Source: a virus. From it: a stretch of DNA of 64,000 bases. How positions within the stretch are numbered: the stretch's first letter is position 1; each line of letters begins with the position of its first letter. The notes under the pieces are model-generated. The model was not told the origin of the DNA, did no database searches, and saw only the letters and a program-made list of their open reading frames with translations. A program made the translations under genes and the position numbers. The stretch spans positions 32,001 to 96,000 of IMG/VR virus record IMGVR_UViG_3300005590_000001; one strand, given 5' to 3'. Positions 39,432-49,440 of the stretch are shown in pieces.

Positions 39432-40422
39432 TTACGGCAGGGAAAAATTCGTCCCAACCACTGCCGTAGAACAAACGGGACTACCCCTGAATTACAGGAG
39501 AAAAGAACAGACGGCGGAAATCCAGAAGTTAGTGTCCACTGAACCCATATATGTTTTTAGATTCCGAGTGGCTATTGTAGGATTTCGGCTATCTTGCCGA
39601 TAGAAACGGCGACTGATCCCAATCAATCAGAACGCGGGAATGTTGGATATCGCTGGACTCACCCGTAGGCTTTTGAGGATTCCCGAATTACTTCGCCGTG
39701 ATACTGTCTAATCAATACTCGGCCGAATATTGACACAGCACAAAAGTCGGCAAATCGCCGACAAACAAAATCGAACCGAGCCATTACCAAATGAGCCATT
39801 ATAGCCGATTCTAGTATAGTCGGAACATTCTCAAACTGATATCAATCTGAGAAGTCCTCTAGAATACTGACTGAGTAGGGAATCGAACCCTCAACTCGGT
39901 TCTTTCCAAAATCGCCGAACAAAAATTCTTGCAGTATTGCCGCAATAGCTTTTATCGGCGAAATCCCAAGGTGCAAGACTATCAGCATCAACCAACAAAA
40001 TGCACCTTATGCCTTACCACTGATCCAAACAGGGATCACTTATCGGCTATCCGCCAATGTTATGCAACCGGAATGCCAGTCTCAAAATGATGACTGCAAT
40101 TCGGATTGTCGCAAGTGACTTCGCAATTCAAGCACAGTTTGTTTGCTGCACCTAATTGCATCGGTCGCTGAATCGAGTGTAATTCTGCCGATCCAGCCGC
40201 CGATTCTCTGTCAACAACCTCTTGAGCGTCAGTTGAATTATTGAACGGACCCCACAATGTTGCACTACCATTAGCATTAACAACTGTGACGAACCAATCT
40301 CTATTCAAATGACTATCCAACATGAAACACTCCTCAGAAACACAGCTTGCGAATGTCCGCCGATTGTTCTCTTTTCATGTAAATCCCGCCCGGCAAATGC
40401 CGGGCGGAATCCCAGACAACGC

Positions 40423-41058
40423 CTAGCTGTCGTCTTCGTCTTCGCCGAAATCGCCGAAGTCGAAATCGCCCATGACTTCGCCTGCGAGATTCGGTGCCCG
40501 CTTGCTGCGAAGATTGGTGTACTTCTTGACATTCTGTCGCAAAGCTACGGCAGCCTGTTCGTACAGATCCTCAGTGATATCGGTGAAACCAATATCCCGC
40601 AGACCCTCAACAGGATGAGCCACACGATCTTCGCCATCAAACGAATACTTGATGGAACTGGCGTCCTTTTCCATCGCGTTTCGAACTACCGTGTTCACGC
40701 CGCTTGTTCCGCGACCATCCACGATTCCGCCGAAGAACTTACGGCAGACCCCTTCGTAGATCTGATTCCGAGCGAATTCCAACGCACGATTCCACTGATC
40801 GCGGAAGATGTTACGTGGAATACCACCCAAACGCTTGTCCGGCAGCTTGCCATCCCAGCCGATCATTCGGCAGGCAACTTTCGGATTGGTCTCTCCGTTG
40901 ACCAGACAAAACGACGCAAAGTGCTGAAGCACGTATGCGTTAAACACTGGCGGGTCAACCGTTTCGTAATCACGAACACCCGGCTTTTCCCGCATTGCAG
41001 CAATGGAATTTTCCAAAGCTGCCGCGTACCATTCCTCAGTCTGTTTCGACACAGCCAT
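40423..41058 (-). CDS. hypothetical protein with acidic tail
   Basis: GAGGAG RBS; hairpin after stop. Confidence 0.7.
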   Translation of the reverse strand: MAVSKQTEEWYAAALENSIAAMREKPGVRDYETVDPPVFNAYVLQHFASFCLVNGETNPKVACRMIGWDGKLPDKRLGGIPRNIFRDQWNRALEFARNQIYEGVCRKFFGGIVDGRGTSGVNTVVRNAMEKDASSIKYSFDGEDRVAHPVEGLRDIGFTDITEDLYEQAAVALRQNVKKYTNLRSKRAPNLAGEVMGDFDFGDFGEDEDDS

Positions 41059-41607
41059 GAGAAAATCTCCTCAAAATGAGGTGAACAAAACTGTCCGACT
41101 ACTACGATTCGCCGAACAAAAATTCAGACAGAATGTCTTCGGTAATCGTACGATCACTCCTGACTTTCCGCCGTTTCTGTTTCCATGACAATCCCATTGA
41201 GGAACCATCAGAAAACCAATCCGTTACTTCGTCACCGAAGAACACTTTTGGAATGACCGTGCCATTCCATGCCGCGAACCGGACACACAAACGACCGTTC
41301 TCACGAAACAGGTCAGCAATCGCACACTTTTCGTGACTTTTGCCGTTAGATTCAACGATTGTGAACCGCCGGTTTTCCGCTTTTCGCGGGATTTTTAACC
41401 GTTTTCGCACCGTTTTCTCCGTTTTGTTGTCGTTGTCGTTGTTTGTGGTTGTCTCTGTCGCCACCCTATAAGCTATGGAGGGCACGTTGTCCGGTTTTTC
41501 TGGCAGGATTTGACGCTGTAATTTTGAACACTGTACAAACGTTGTGCGGACACTTGAAAGGTGTACAGTGTACAAGCGTAAGGTGTGCAAATGTGAGGTG
41601 TACAGAG

Positions 41608-43616
41608 GTGGGGTCGACAAGTGTTAAGTGTACAAATGTTCATCTGTCGCGGACATTTGTCCCGCGACCGCCTGTACAGTGTACAAACGATCAGGAGAAC
41701 AAATGTTCAGTCAAACAAACCGCTCCCCTGTACAAGCGTACAGGGGAGGGTTGCTGTACAGATGTCAACTGTCTCTGCGATGGTTCAAACCACCATGCCG
41801 CCGATGACTGGGCACCTGTCCAGTGTATTGGAACATTGTACATTCGTCCATGCAGACGTGGTCCTCCATTTTCTTCTCTAGACTCTTGTACAGGTCCTTC
41901 AGGCGAGCGAAGTACGCTGAACGCTTGATCCGCCTGAACTTATGATCAGCGGCAATTCCGAGATCAGCGTCGCCGTTCTTTCGTAGACAATTGTACAGTG
42001 CCACGCGGCGGAACTTCTGATCGACATTCGGGAACATGCTGGACAGATGATCAGTGTGTTCGATCTGACTCTGCAAAAGAGCCAACTGGTTATCTGTCCA
42101 GTTCAGCGAATCGTCCATCATCATCTCATGAAGTGGAAACTTGTTCAGCTTGCCGTATTCGTCGTGAGTTCGGCGGACTGTATTCATGTACAGGTCCACG
42201 TGCTTCTCACGAGACTGACGATTCAGCATAGTGTACAAAGTTACACCGATGAACTTCAGGTTTCGCAGTGAACGGGTGTACACTACTTCCTGTGGTCTGG
42301 ACGATTGTCCAATTTGAATCCACGTCGGTTTCTGCTGGACAAATGTCCCGAAGATTCCGGTGGATTCTTCGTAACTGATCGGATGTTCAAGCGGACCTTC
42401 GAGCGAGGTCATTTTACTGAACTGACGTATATATGATTCGCTGCGGGACCGAATACTGAACTCGTGTCCAGTTTCCAAACATCTGAATCGAATTTCTTTC
42501 ACCTTGCGATTCTGTACAGTGTTCTTTTGATCAGTACGTCGGCTGACCGTTTCCATATCGACCACGTGGATTTTACTGTCCACACGTTCAACTGTACGTG
42601 CGACCAGATAGGCTTTTCCGCGGTCAGTCGGATCGAACCACCTGCACAGTGTTGAACAATTGTTCATCAAAAACGCTCGCTGGCAGGCGTCCTCAATATC
42701 ATCTCCGCTGAAAATTTGATCAGGGAGTTGCAACCCACTGGACACGCGTCCATCTCGCTGCTGATCCGGATTGAACATCTTTCCGCCCCGACCATGATTC
42801 GCGGTCCCGTCAGTGGAATGATGTACAGTAGTCCGTTCTCGCATCGAATTCAGCTTGGTGGACACGCGTTCACCCCGCTTCCGGTTCTGTGCATTGCAGA
42901 AATCGGCCACAAACGGATCACTGATCGCACGTATAGTGGTCAGAATCTTGATCTGTTCATCTGTATAGTGAATCCCGTTGTCGAGATTCGGTTCAGGTGA
43001 ACAATTGGACAGTGCCACGAACAAGCACCTTGCAGCACGAAGCGGCATTGTACATCTGTACACTGTCGGTCGTGCCATGAATCCGGTGCGTGTCCTGTAC
43101 AGTGTGAACCGAAGCATACGCTGGTCAGTTGTCCACGCGTTGTCCATATTGAGCATATGTTCAGCACAGTACCAATGATCAGTAACGTCATCGACCCACG
43201 CTGGACATTCGCTGTCCATAGACAGATGTTCAGCCATATCGGCGACTGAACCGATGTACACTGGAATTCCGGTATCTTCTGCCGCACGAATTGTGGGGAG
43301 CTGGCGGAATGCCTGCATTGACATTTGTTCACGTGTAACGCCTGTCATGGAAACGCCGGTTGGGAAACTGTTCATCTGTACACTCCTCAAAACAAGAGAG
43401 AAACGGTCGGCTGAACACATGTCCAGCCGCCCGGCAGACTGCCGGGAAACCCATTGTAGCAAGCTGTCCGGCAAAATCCACACAATTCGGGAAAGATTTT
43501 TACTGGAATATTGAACACTGTACAGACTATCAATGTACAAAGTGACACTGTACAAGAGTGGGGTGGACATCTTTGCACTGTACAAATGTTCTCTCTCGCG
43601 GACATTTGTCCCGCGA
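41608..43616. repeat. ~60-bp imperfect direct repeats (41608-41667, 43558-43616) bracketing a TGTACA-saturated block
   Basis: GTGGGGT.GACA......TGTACAAATGTTC...TCGCGGACATTTGTCCCGCGA in both copies. Confidence 0.85.
41765..43375 (-). CDS. hypothetical protein (~536 aa)
   Basis: long ORF; GAGGAG RBS 7 nt before ATG 43375. Confidence 0.7.
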   Translation of the reverse strand: MNSFPTGVSMTGVTREQMSMQAFRQLPTIRAAEDTGIPVYIGSVADMAEHLSMDSECPAWVDDVTDHWYCAEHMLNMDNAWTTDQRMLRFTLYRTRTGFMARPTVYRCTMPLRAARCLFVALSNCSPEPNLDNGIHYTDEQIKILTTIRAISDPFVADFCNAQNRKRGERVSTKLNSMRERTTVHHSTDGTANHGRGGKMFNPDQQRDGRVSSGLQLPDQIFSGDDIEDACQRAFLMNNCSTLCRWFDPTDRGKAYLVARTVERVDSKIHVVDMETVSRRTDQKNTVQNRKVKEIRFRCLETGHEFSIRSRSESYIRQFSKMTSLEGPLEHPISYEESTGIFGTFVQQKPTWIQIGQSSRPQEVVYTRSLRNLKFIGVTLYTMLNRQSREKHVDLYMNTVRRTHDEYGKLNKFPLHEMMMDDSLNWTDNQLALLQSQIEHTDHLSSMFPNVDQKFRRVALYNCLRKNGDADLGIAADHKFRRIKRSAYFARLKDLYKSLEKKMEDHVCMDECTMFQYTGQVPSHRRHGGLNHRRDS

Positions 43617-43675
43617 GCACGTTAGAATCTGTGCCCACGGGCAGCCCGATTGCTGCCCGTTCTTACTTTTGAGAA

Positions 43676-44116
43676 TCAGCGTCGTTTGCGGCGTACTATT
43701 CTTTTGCAATCACACTTGCGTGCGGCGGCAAGAGCGGTTTTCTTGTCGATTCCCATTTCTTGCAATTCTTTTGCTTTGTCGAGAATCGACTGCATTCTGT
43801 ATTGGAATTCTTGTCTAGCTGGCGGGATATTCGTGCCATGATAATTAACCTTAATTTCATTTCCCGCTGGATACAACGATGCACCTTCTGGAACTCCCAG
43901 ATATGAGAATTCTCCATTGTGACGGAATGGTCTGTATCGTTGACGATCCTGTGCGAGATTCGGAAAGATTCCGAAAATCGTATATGTGTTTCGCTCATCT
44001 GACAGCAGATCACCAGCGTGAGACGCTGTGTATATTACGCGTTTGACGCCTTCGCGGTCTTTGAAGACGAAAACGAAATCGTACTTATGGTGACGGTAAT
44101 TTGCAGGAAACAACAT
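43676..44116 (-). CDS. hypothetical protein
   Basis: AGGAG RBS. Confidence 0.6.
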   Translation of the reverse strand: MLFPANYRHHKYDFVFVFKDREGVKRVIYTASHAGDLLSDERNTYTIFGIFPNLAQDRQRYRPFRHNGEFSYLGVPEGASLYPAGNEIKVNYHGTNIPPARQEFQYRMQSILDKAKELQEMGIDKKTALAAARKCDCKRIVRRKRR

Positions 44117-44475
44117 TATTCAAACTCCTAAAACAGAGAAGGGAAACCACCCGCAGGATCCTGCGGGTGGTGGTCGTCAAGTCTTACAATCTTTCGATTG
44201 AGTGTATTACTTCATGCGGATCTGGATTTGATTCTGCCTTTCCGCGACACTGGATACAAACGTCCAGAATAGCATGGTCGAAAACTTTACCATCCTGCTG
44301 ACTGACTCCGGAAAAACAGACCCGGTATTTTTTCGGGCAGAGATTACAAACGTGGCATTTTCCCGGATACATCCGGTCAAGATAATTCAGAATTGCATCG
44401 TTTGATAGCATTTCGTCACCTTCAGTTGAATGAAGACCACCCGCGGGACGTCCCGCGGGTGGTGGTCGCCAGATT

Positions 44476-44952
44476 CTACAGTTTCTCGATTGCGATCTCT
44501 GCCAAATTGGCATACGGATTGCCAATCCACAACTGAATGCCAGCATGCTTCGCTGTCAGCAGAGCCTGTTCATGCGTGAATTCACGCTCTTCGATTCCCC
44601 CGTTTTCCACAATTTGGACCACGATTTTCCCGTTAATGGGAAATACCATAATTCGCCGATTTTCATCGGCGACGATTCCGAAGCGATTGTCCCATCGTGA
44701 AAAGTGGGTGATTGCATACGGCGCAGCCTTGTCTTGATCCCTCAGTTCAAGATATCCCTTGGCGGTGATTTCGTTCAACTTTTCCTTGACACCATTGACA
44801 GCCATCGGACGACCAGTCTTGTCGTTGGGAAAAAATGTTCCCATTGTCCGCATTGCGGGTGGCTTTCCGTTCTCGAAAACGAATTTGCAGTAAACGTCCA
44901 AGAATCGCGCCTGTCGTTCCGTAAGTTTGTTTTCCGTTGCCTTGCGTTTCAT
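44476..44952 (-). CDS. LexA-like N-terminal DNA-binding domain protein lacking an obvious S24 peptidase
   Basis: LTERQARFL.......NGKPPAMR.MG......V...L..I..KGYL. Confidence 0.7.
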   Translation of the reverse strand: MKRKATENKLTERQARFLDVYCKFVFENGKPPAMRTMGTFFPNDKTGRPMAVNGVKEKLNEITAKGYLELRDQDKAAPYAITHFSRWDNRFGIVADENRRIMVFPINGKIVVQIVENGGIEEREFTHEQALLTAKHAGIQLWIGNPYANLAEIAIEKL

Positions 44953-45009
44953 CGTGTGAACTCCTGAAAAGAGAATGTTTGACGCGGTCGATTGCCGCGT
45001 TCTGCCCCT

Positions 45010-45037
45010 ATTCTAGCGACTGTTCTAGGATCGTCAA
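45010..45037 (-). promoter_or_regulatory. sigma70-like promoter upstream of LexA-like gene
   Basis: TTGACG-16 nt-TAGAAT. Confidence 0.5.
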
Positions 45038-45133
45038 CAATAAAATTTTACTTTTGTGCAATGGACAAAATCACAGCTTGTTCCCATTTATAGGAATCTA
45101 AATTGTCACTATTGAGAATCCCGAAATTGAGAG

Positions 45134-45599
45134 GACCATTCCTATTTATAAGAATCTCGAAAATCGCGGACATTTGTCCCGCGATCACGCATTTCCTTTT
45201 ACAAAGAAAAGAGCATCGGCCGATCTCCGATGCTCTTGGTCGTTTCGTTCAATCCTGCTTCCGGACCCTCAGGATCGTCGCTTCAGGGTATTCACTCCGA
45301 AACTTGTTCCGGGCATGCTGCTCGGATGACGCCTGAGTGACAAAATAAATTCCGTCAGCATTCTCGACACTGTACCGGGCATAAAGCTCCGGCCGATAAA
45401 CCCGTTCCTTTGTGTTCATGTTGTCTTTCCTTGTAAATCAGGAAACAAAGCGAATCACAGCGAAGTGCTGTGAACTGACACCATATTAACGAGTGAATTC
45501 CGGTTGTCAACATAGCCTTATAAGAATTTTTTACTCCCAATTTTGGGAAGACCATTCCTATTGATAAGAATATATTCGCTCGCGGACATTTGTCTCCGC
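45134..45599. repeat. direct repeat GACCATTCCTATT.ATAAGAAT...CGCGGACATTTGTC (45134-45184, 45550-45599)
   Basis: two intergenic copies ending in the same GGACATTTGTC element as at 41647/43596. Confidence 0.75.
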
Positions 45600-45674
45600 T
45601 CGAAAACGCATAAACGCCCAAGAGATCTTGGACGAGAAAAGCCCGCGGGTTTCCCCGCGGGCTGGGTTCAGTTC

Positions 45675-46112
45675 TTATTCCAGTGGTCCGAGTTCATTCA
45701 CATCCCGAAAAATTGGCTGACACAATCGGAATTCTTGCTGTGTGCCATTCGGCCAGATTCTAAACTTCGCTCCCTCCTTCTCTCTGCAATCCATGCATAC
45801 GTTCCACATCGAATCGTTAATGTCATCATTATCAATCATCATCCCAACCCACATTCGGGTGCCGGTCAATCTGCTTCGCAGAAAATTGCGGATGATAGCA
45901 CTAGATACTGACGGGCCAGCTTTTGCTACAGGGTTGATATGGAACCACCGTACCCTGAGACCCACCTTGGTGGTTTCATAGGCAAGACACCCCGCCATTG
46001 CTCCATCAGGATACGCCATCACAACATAGTGCATATCCTGCGTCAGGAGTGATGCAGGAGCGCCCATATATTCGGCGACAGTGTCAGCAACTTCGAAATA
46101 TTCAAAAACCAT
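45675..46112 (-). CDS. hypothetical protein (possible GNAT-like fold)
   Basis: start MVFEY after GGAG; GCLAY...RVRWFHINP. Confidence 0.45.
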   Translation of the reverse strand: MVFEYFEVADTVAEYMGAPASLLTQDMHYVVMAYPDGAMAGCLAYETTKVGLRVRWFHINPVAKAGPSVSSAIIRNFLRSRLTGTRMWVGMMIDNDDINDSMWNVCMDCREKEGAKFRIWPNGTQQEFRLCQPIFRDVNELGPLE

Positions 46113-46170
46113 GAGCGTTCTCCAAAAAACACCCGCGGGTTTCCCCGCGGGTGTCGATTCAGACCCAACC

Positions 46171-46461
46171 TTACAATTCAACTTCTGTCCGTGCTACGGT
46201 GTCAGCATTGAAACGGGCATGAATGCGGGCACCACCCGTTGTGCGGTCAACGCTGCATTGCATTGTGTGTGGCAATGCTGACTGAAACGCCGTGATAAAC
46301 GCGTCACAATCAACAACGTGAAACCCGATCACATTCCGGCTGATCCCGTCAGGGAATTGCAATTCCCAGACATCCGAATCCAGCACGGAAGCATATCCAG
46401 CACGGCGCAAAGTAGCGGCAAGCTGAATTTCACTTCGGTCGTCCACAATAGAAACGAGCAT
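46171..46461 (-). CDS. hypothetical protein
   Basis: ORF between hairpin repeats. Confidence 0.55.
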   Translation of the reverse strand: MLVSIVDDRSEIQLAATLRRAGYASVLDSDVWELQFPDGISRNVIGFHVVDCDAFITAFQSALPHTMQCSVDRTTGGARIHARFNADTVARTEVEL

Positions 46462-46645
46462 ATCAAACCCCTAAAAGAGACCCGCGGGTTTTCCCGCGGG
46501 TGGTGTGAAACTGCCTCACGCGAGGTAGTCGATAACTTCTTCAATCTTGGTCACTGTCCACTCTGACAACAAAACCAAGCCCCAAATTGGCATCACAAAC
46601 GCCAGCACAACTGACACTCCGATCAGAATCGGCAACTCAAACAAA

Positions 46646-46918
46646 TCACGCATCTTTCAACTCCCGTGGCCAGATAATGCTGACCGCATAATCGGCATCC
46701 CAACCGATTCGATTATTGGAAATCACAATTTGCCAGACTGCTTTGCGATTCTTCCGGGCATACCGTCGACGCTCCACGATGAACGTCTGACCCGCAAAGC
46801 TGATCTGCCTAGGTTGTCGGCGGAATTCGCTAAACTTGAAGACGACTGACCGGCCATCTTGGTGCTTCAATCCCCAGTGAGTATCGCTGGGATCCTGCGA
46901 AATATATCGCGTTGCCAT
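46646..46918 (-). CDS. hypothetical protein
   Basis: start MATRY inferred. Confidence 0.5.
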   Translation of the reverse strand: MATRYISQDPSDTHWGLKHQDGRSVVFKFSEFRRQPRQISFAGQTFIVERRRYARKNRKAVWQIVISNNRIGWDADYAVSIIWPRELKDA

Positions 46919-46977
46919 AATGTTGTTCCCTTTTGGGAAAGTATTGTTCGCTGTGACCGTCACAGCACTGAGCACCA

Positions 46978-47005
46978 ATTATAACATCGGCAGGAACAAT
47001 CGCAA
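46978..47005 (-). promoter_or_regulatory. sigma70-like (extended -10) early promoter
   Basis: TTGCGA-16 nt-TATAAT with TGn. Confidence 0.5.
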
Positions 47006-47426
47006 GGCTTTAGTTTTATTTTCTCGTTTGTGTCGTAAGTAGTTGGGACATAACGGCTTAGGGCGGGGTTTTTCATTCTCAAAAATGGTTTTGTGGGGAG
47101 GGCCGGAATCGCCGGGGCCTCAACACACGAACTTCAGCACTTTCCCCACAACATCCGCGGACATCTGCGGGCAACCCCAATAAAAAAGGCCATGTCACCT
47201 TATGATGACACAGCCCTATCATTGTTCAACATCCTCTAAATTTTTTTACTCGTTTTGGTCCAAAGTCCTAAAAACAACTGATGATGTTTCATTATGTACA
47301 TACACAATGTCGCCACAGCCCCAACTTCCAGCCTTGATGACTTTGGACTCTTTGTATCCATCTTTTCCAATATAAGAAGTAACTTTGAGATCCTTTTTCA
47401 ACTCTTTCTTCGGAAATCTAGGTATT

Positions 47427-47864
47427 TTACGCATTTGCATCGGTCGCTTCCCCTTCCCCAACGTTCATTGGGCTGCTATCGAGATCATATCCCGGAGAAT
47501 TACCGTCCCAATGAACGTTGTACCACTCATTTTTAGACATAATCTTCTCAGCCTGTGACTTTGATATGTTGTAACGTGCCATTAAGTCAGACACCTCACT
47601 GCCTCTAGCAGCAGAACGCCGTACTTTCTGGGCCTTACAAAACATAGAATAGCGATACTCTGCCTTCTCGGCCCGTGCTTTCGCGCGGACCTTCGAATCT
47701 GAAGTCCGCGCGCCTTTAATTACTGGTGTAGTCAAAGCTCTTTCACCAAGCCATCCACGTTTTGCACGCTTCACAAGTATATCTCTCGTGAGTTCAGGGT
47801 GAATTCGAGAATCTTCGAGCCAGTCCTCTATAGCCTTATCTGCACCAAATGCTTGCAAGTTCAT
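47427..47864 (-). CDS. putative DNA-binding protein
   Basis: R.KRGW..ERALTTP and C-terminal HTH-like segment. Confidence 0.5.
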   Translation of the reverse strand: MNLQAFGADKAIEDWLEDSRIHPELTRDILVKRAKRGWLGERALTTPVIKGARTSDSKVRAKARAEKAEYRYSMFCKAQKVRRSAARGSEVSDLMARYNISKSQAEKIMSKNEWYNVHWDGNSPGYDLDSSPMNVGEGEATDANA

Positions 47865-48103
47865 CTTTTCTCCTAATTATTTTATAAAAATTTACCGAAA
47901 GTAAGAAAATCGTAAATATTTTAAAAATTTCGGGTAATAATAAGTGTACGGCGATTCGGACATCTGCCGACTACAAATAATTACGCAAATTTTCAGGAGA
48001 ATATTAAAAATGTCCGCAAAAATTATTTATGGTAACGTTGAACTGGTTATACAGGAAACCCCAGAACTAGAGCGAAGCGTAGCTTCGGACTTACAGAGAG
48101 AAG

Positions 48104-48580
48104 ATGAAAGAAGTGATGATGAACGAGAACGAGCTATTACGTCTAACACAGTACGTAGCTGAACAACTTAAGCATACCTTTACATTTGATATTTACGATA
48201 GTGATGATATTGAGCAAGAAGTATACTTTCTTATATTGGAAGCAGCACGAAAATATGATTCGGCGAAATCCACCCCGGAACAATTCTTTTATCACTTTGT
48301 ACGCAATAGATTGATAACATTGAAAAGAGATCGTTACTTCAATGAGCAAAGCGCTGAGAACAAGAAACGGCTGATGACCGCCGGGAGTCTTTCTATTGAT
48401 GTAGAGGATGAGCATAAATTGTTCGCCGATACTAATTTCTTAAATATTGTAGATGAGAAAATAGTGGCAAATTTACGCGAAGATTTTTTAAGAATGAAAG
48501 ACGGCGTTTCTATTCCACATCATTCACGGCAAAAGGTACTAGCTGCTATGAGAGTAATCGCTGAATCGGAGGAAGTGTAG
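48104..48580 (+). CDS. phage sigma70/ECF-like sigma factor
   Basis: DDIEQEVYFLILEAARKYD..K......F..FVRNRL..LKR region-2 pattern. Confidence 0.65.
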   Translation: MKEVMMNENELLRLTQYVAEQLKHTFTFDIYDSDDIEQEVYFLILEAARKYDSAKSTPEQFFYHFVRNRLITLKRDRYFNEQSAENKKRLMTAGSLSIDVEDEHKLFADTNFLNIVDEKIVANLREDFLRMKDGVSIPHHSRQKVLAAMRVIAESEEV

Positions 48581-49440
48581 TGTCAATTAAAAAAGGGCGA
48601 ATGACGGATGAGGAAAAACGGCAGATAGAAAAATTGATTCCATATCACACATATGAAGAAGTCGGAGTTAAATTAAACCGTAGTCCTAATACTGTTCGCC
48701 GATACTGTCAACGTAATGGGATCACGCGGGACAAAGTTTCTAACGAAAAGAATATTGAAACGAAGATTAAAGAATCGGCACAATTTGCTCCTTTAGCTAA
48801 ACAAATGGGTTCCGCCGAAATAGATGCCGTCATTAATATTTATGAACAAATGATGCGGCAATTTGGATCAGATGTTACTTTCTCAGAAGAGCAGCAGATT
48901 TTAGACTATGCTAAGGCCGCTTGTCTTTTAGATAGAGCTATGACGCGCGAATTAGTATTACTGCAAGATATAGAGAAAATGACCAAAGAGGTACAATCCC
49001 TTGAAGCTTCCTTATCTAAGTTAAAACAAGGAACGCGCGATGATGATTTCGACGAACAAGAAGATTTATTGATGGAAAAGATTGATAGCGCTAACATTGA
49101 GAAAGCAACTGCTCAAGATGAATTAAAAACTATTCGTGCTAATCAAAATACTTTTTTCAAAATTAAACAAGATCTCTTAGATAAGATGAATTCTACTCGT
49201 AAAGCAAGGGCAAGCGAGTTGACAAAGGCTAATGAGTCCCTAGCTGATCAATTAGCATACATGCAAAAGAATCCGGCGTACCGCCGGGAATTAGGATTAA
49301 AGATGGAAAAGAATAGGCTGGGTATGAAAGAAGAATATATACGATTGTCTGAATTATATAAGTATCCTGATGGTATGGAAGACCGGCCGGTATTGAATTC
49401 AGAAATAGTTGAAGAATTAAAGAAAGAAGGCAAATTATGA
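48580..49440 (+). CDS. HTH + coiled-coil protein (possible terminase small subunit)
   Basis: N-terminal HTH EEVGVKLNRSPNTVRRY; upstream of packaging genes. Confidence 0.45.
   Translation: MSIKKGRMTDEEKRQIEKLIPYHTYEEVGVKLNRSPNTVRRYCQRNGITRDKVSNEKNIETKIKESAQFAPLAKQMGSAEIDAVINIYEQMMRQFGSDVTFSEEQQILDYAKAACLLDRAMTRELVLLQDIEKMTKEVQSLEASLSKLKQGTRDDDFDEQEDLLMEKIDSANIEKATAQDELKTIRANQNTFFKIKQDLLDKMNSTRKARASELTKANESLADQLAYMQKNPAYRRELGLKMEKNRLGMKEEYIRLSELYKYPDGMEDRPVLNSEIVEELKKEGKL

Larger units (their letters stand above)
44146..46501. repeat. family of intergenic (A)CCCGCGGG-N4-CCCGCGGG(T) hairpins
   Basis: copies at ~44146, 44436, 45641, 46131, 46480. Confidence 0.85.

Noticed and set aside
40309-41079. 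256-aa plus-strand ORF
   Set aside because: Antisense shadow of the minus-strand gene 40423..41058, which has the strong RBS and matches local orientation.
41530-46501. CRISPR array
   Set aside because: Repeats are irregularly spaced, separated by whole genes or embedded in an ORF; there is no constant repeat-spacer period and no cas genes.
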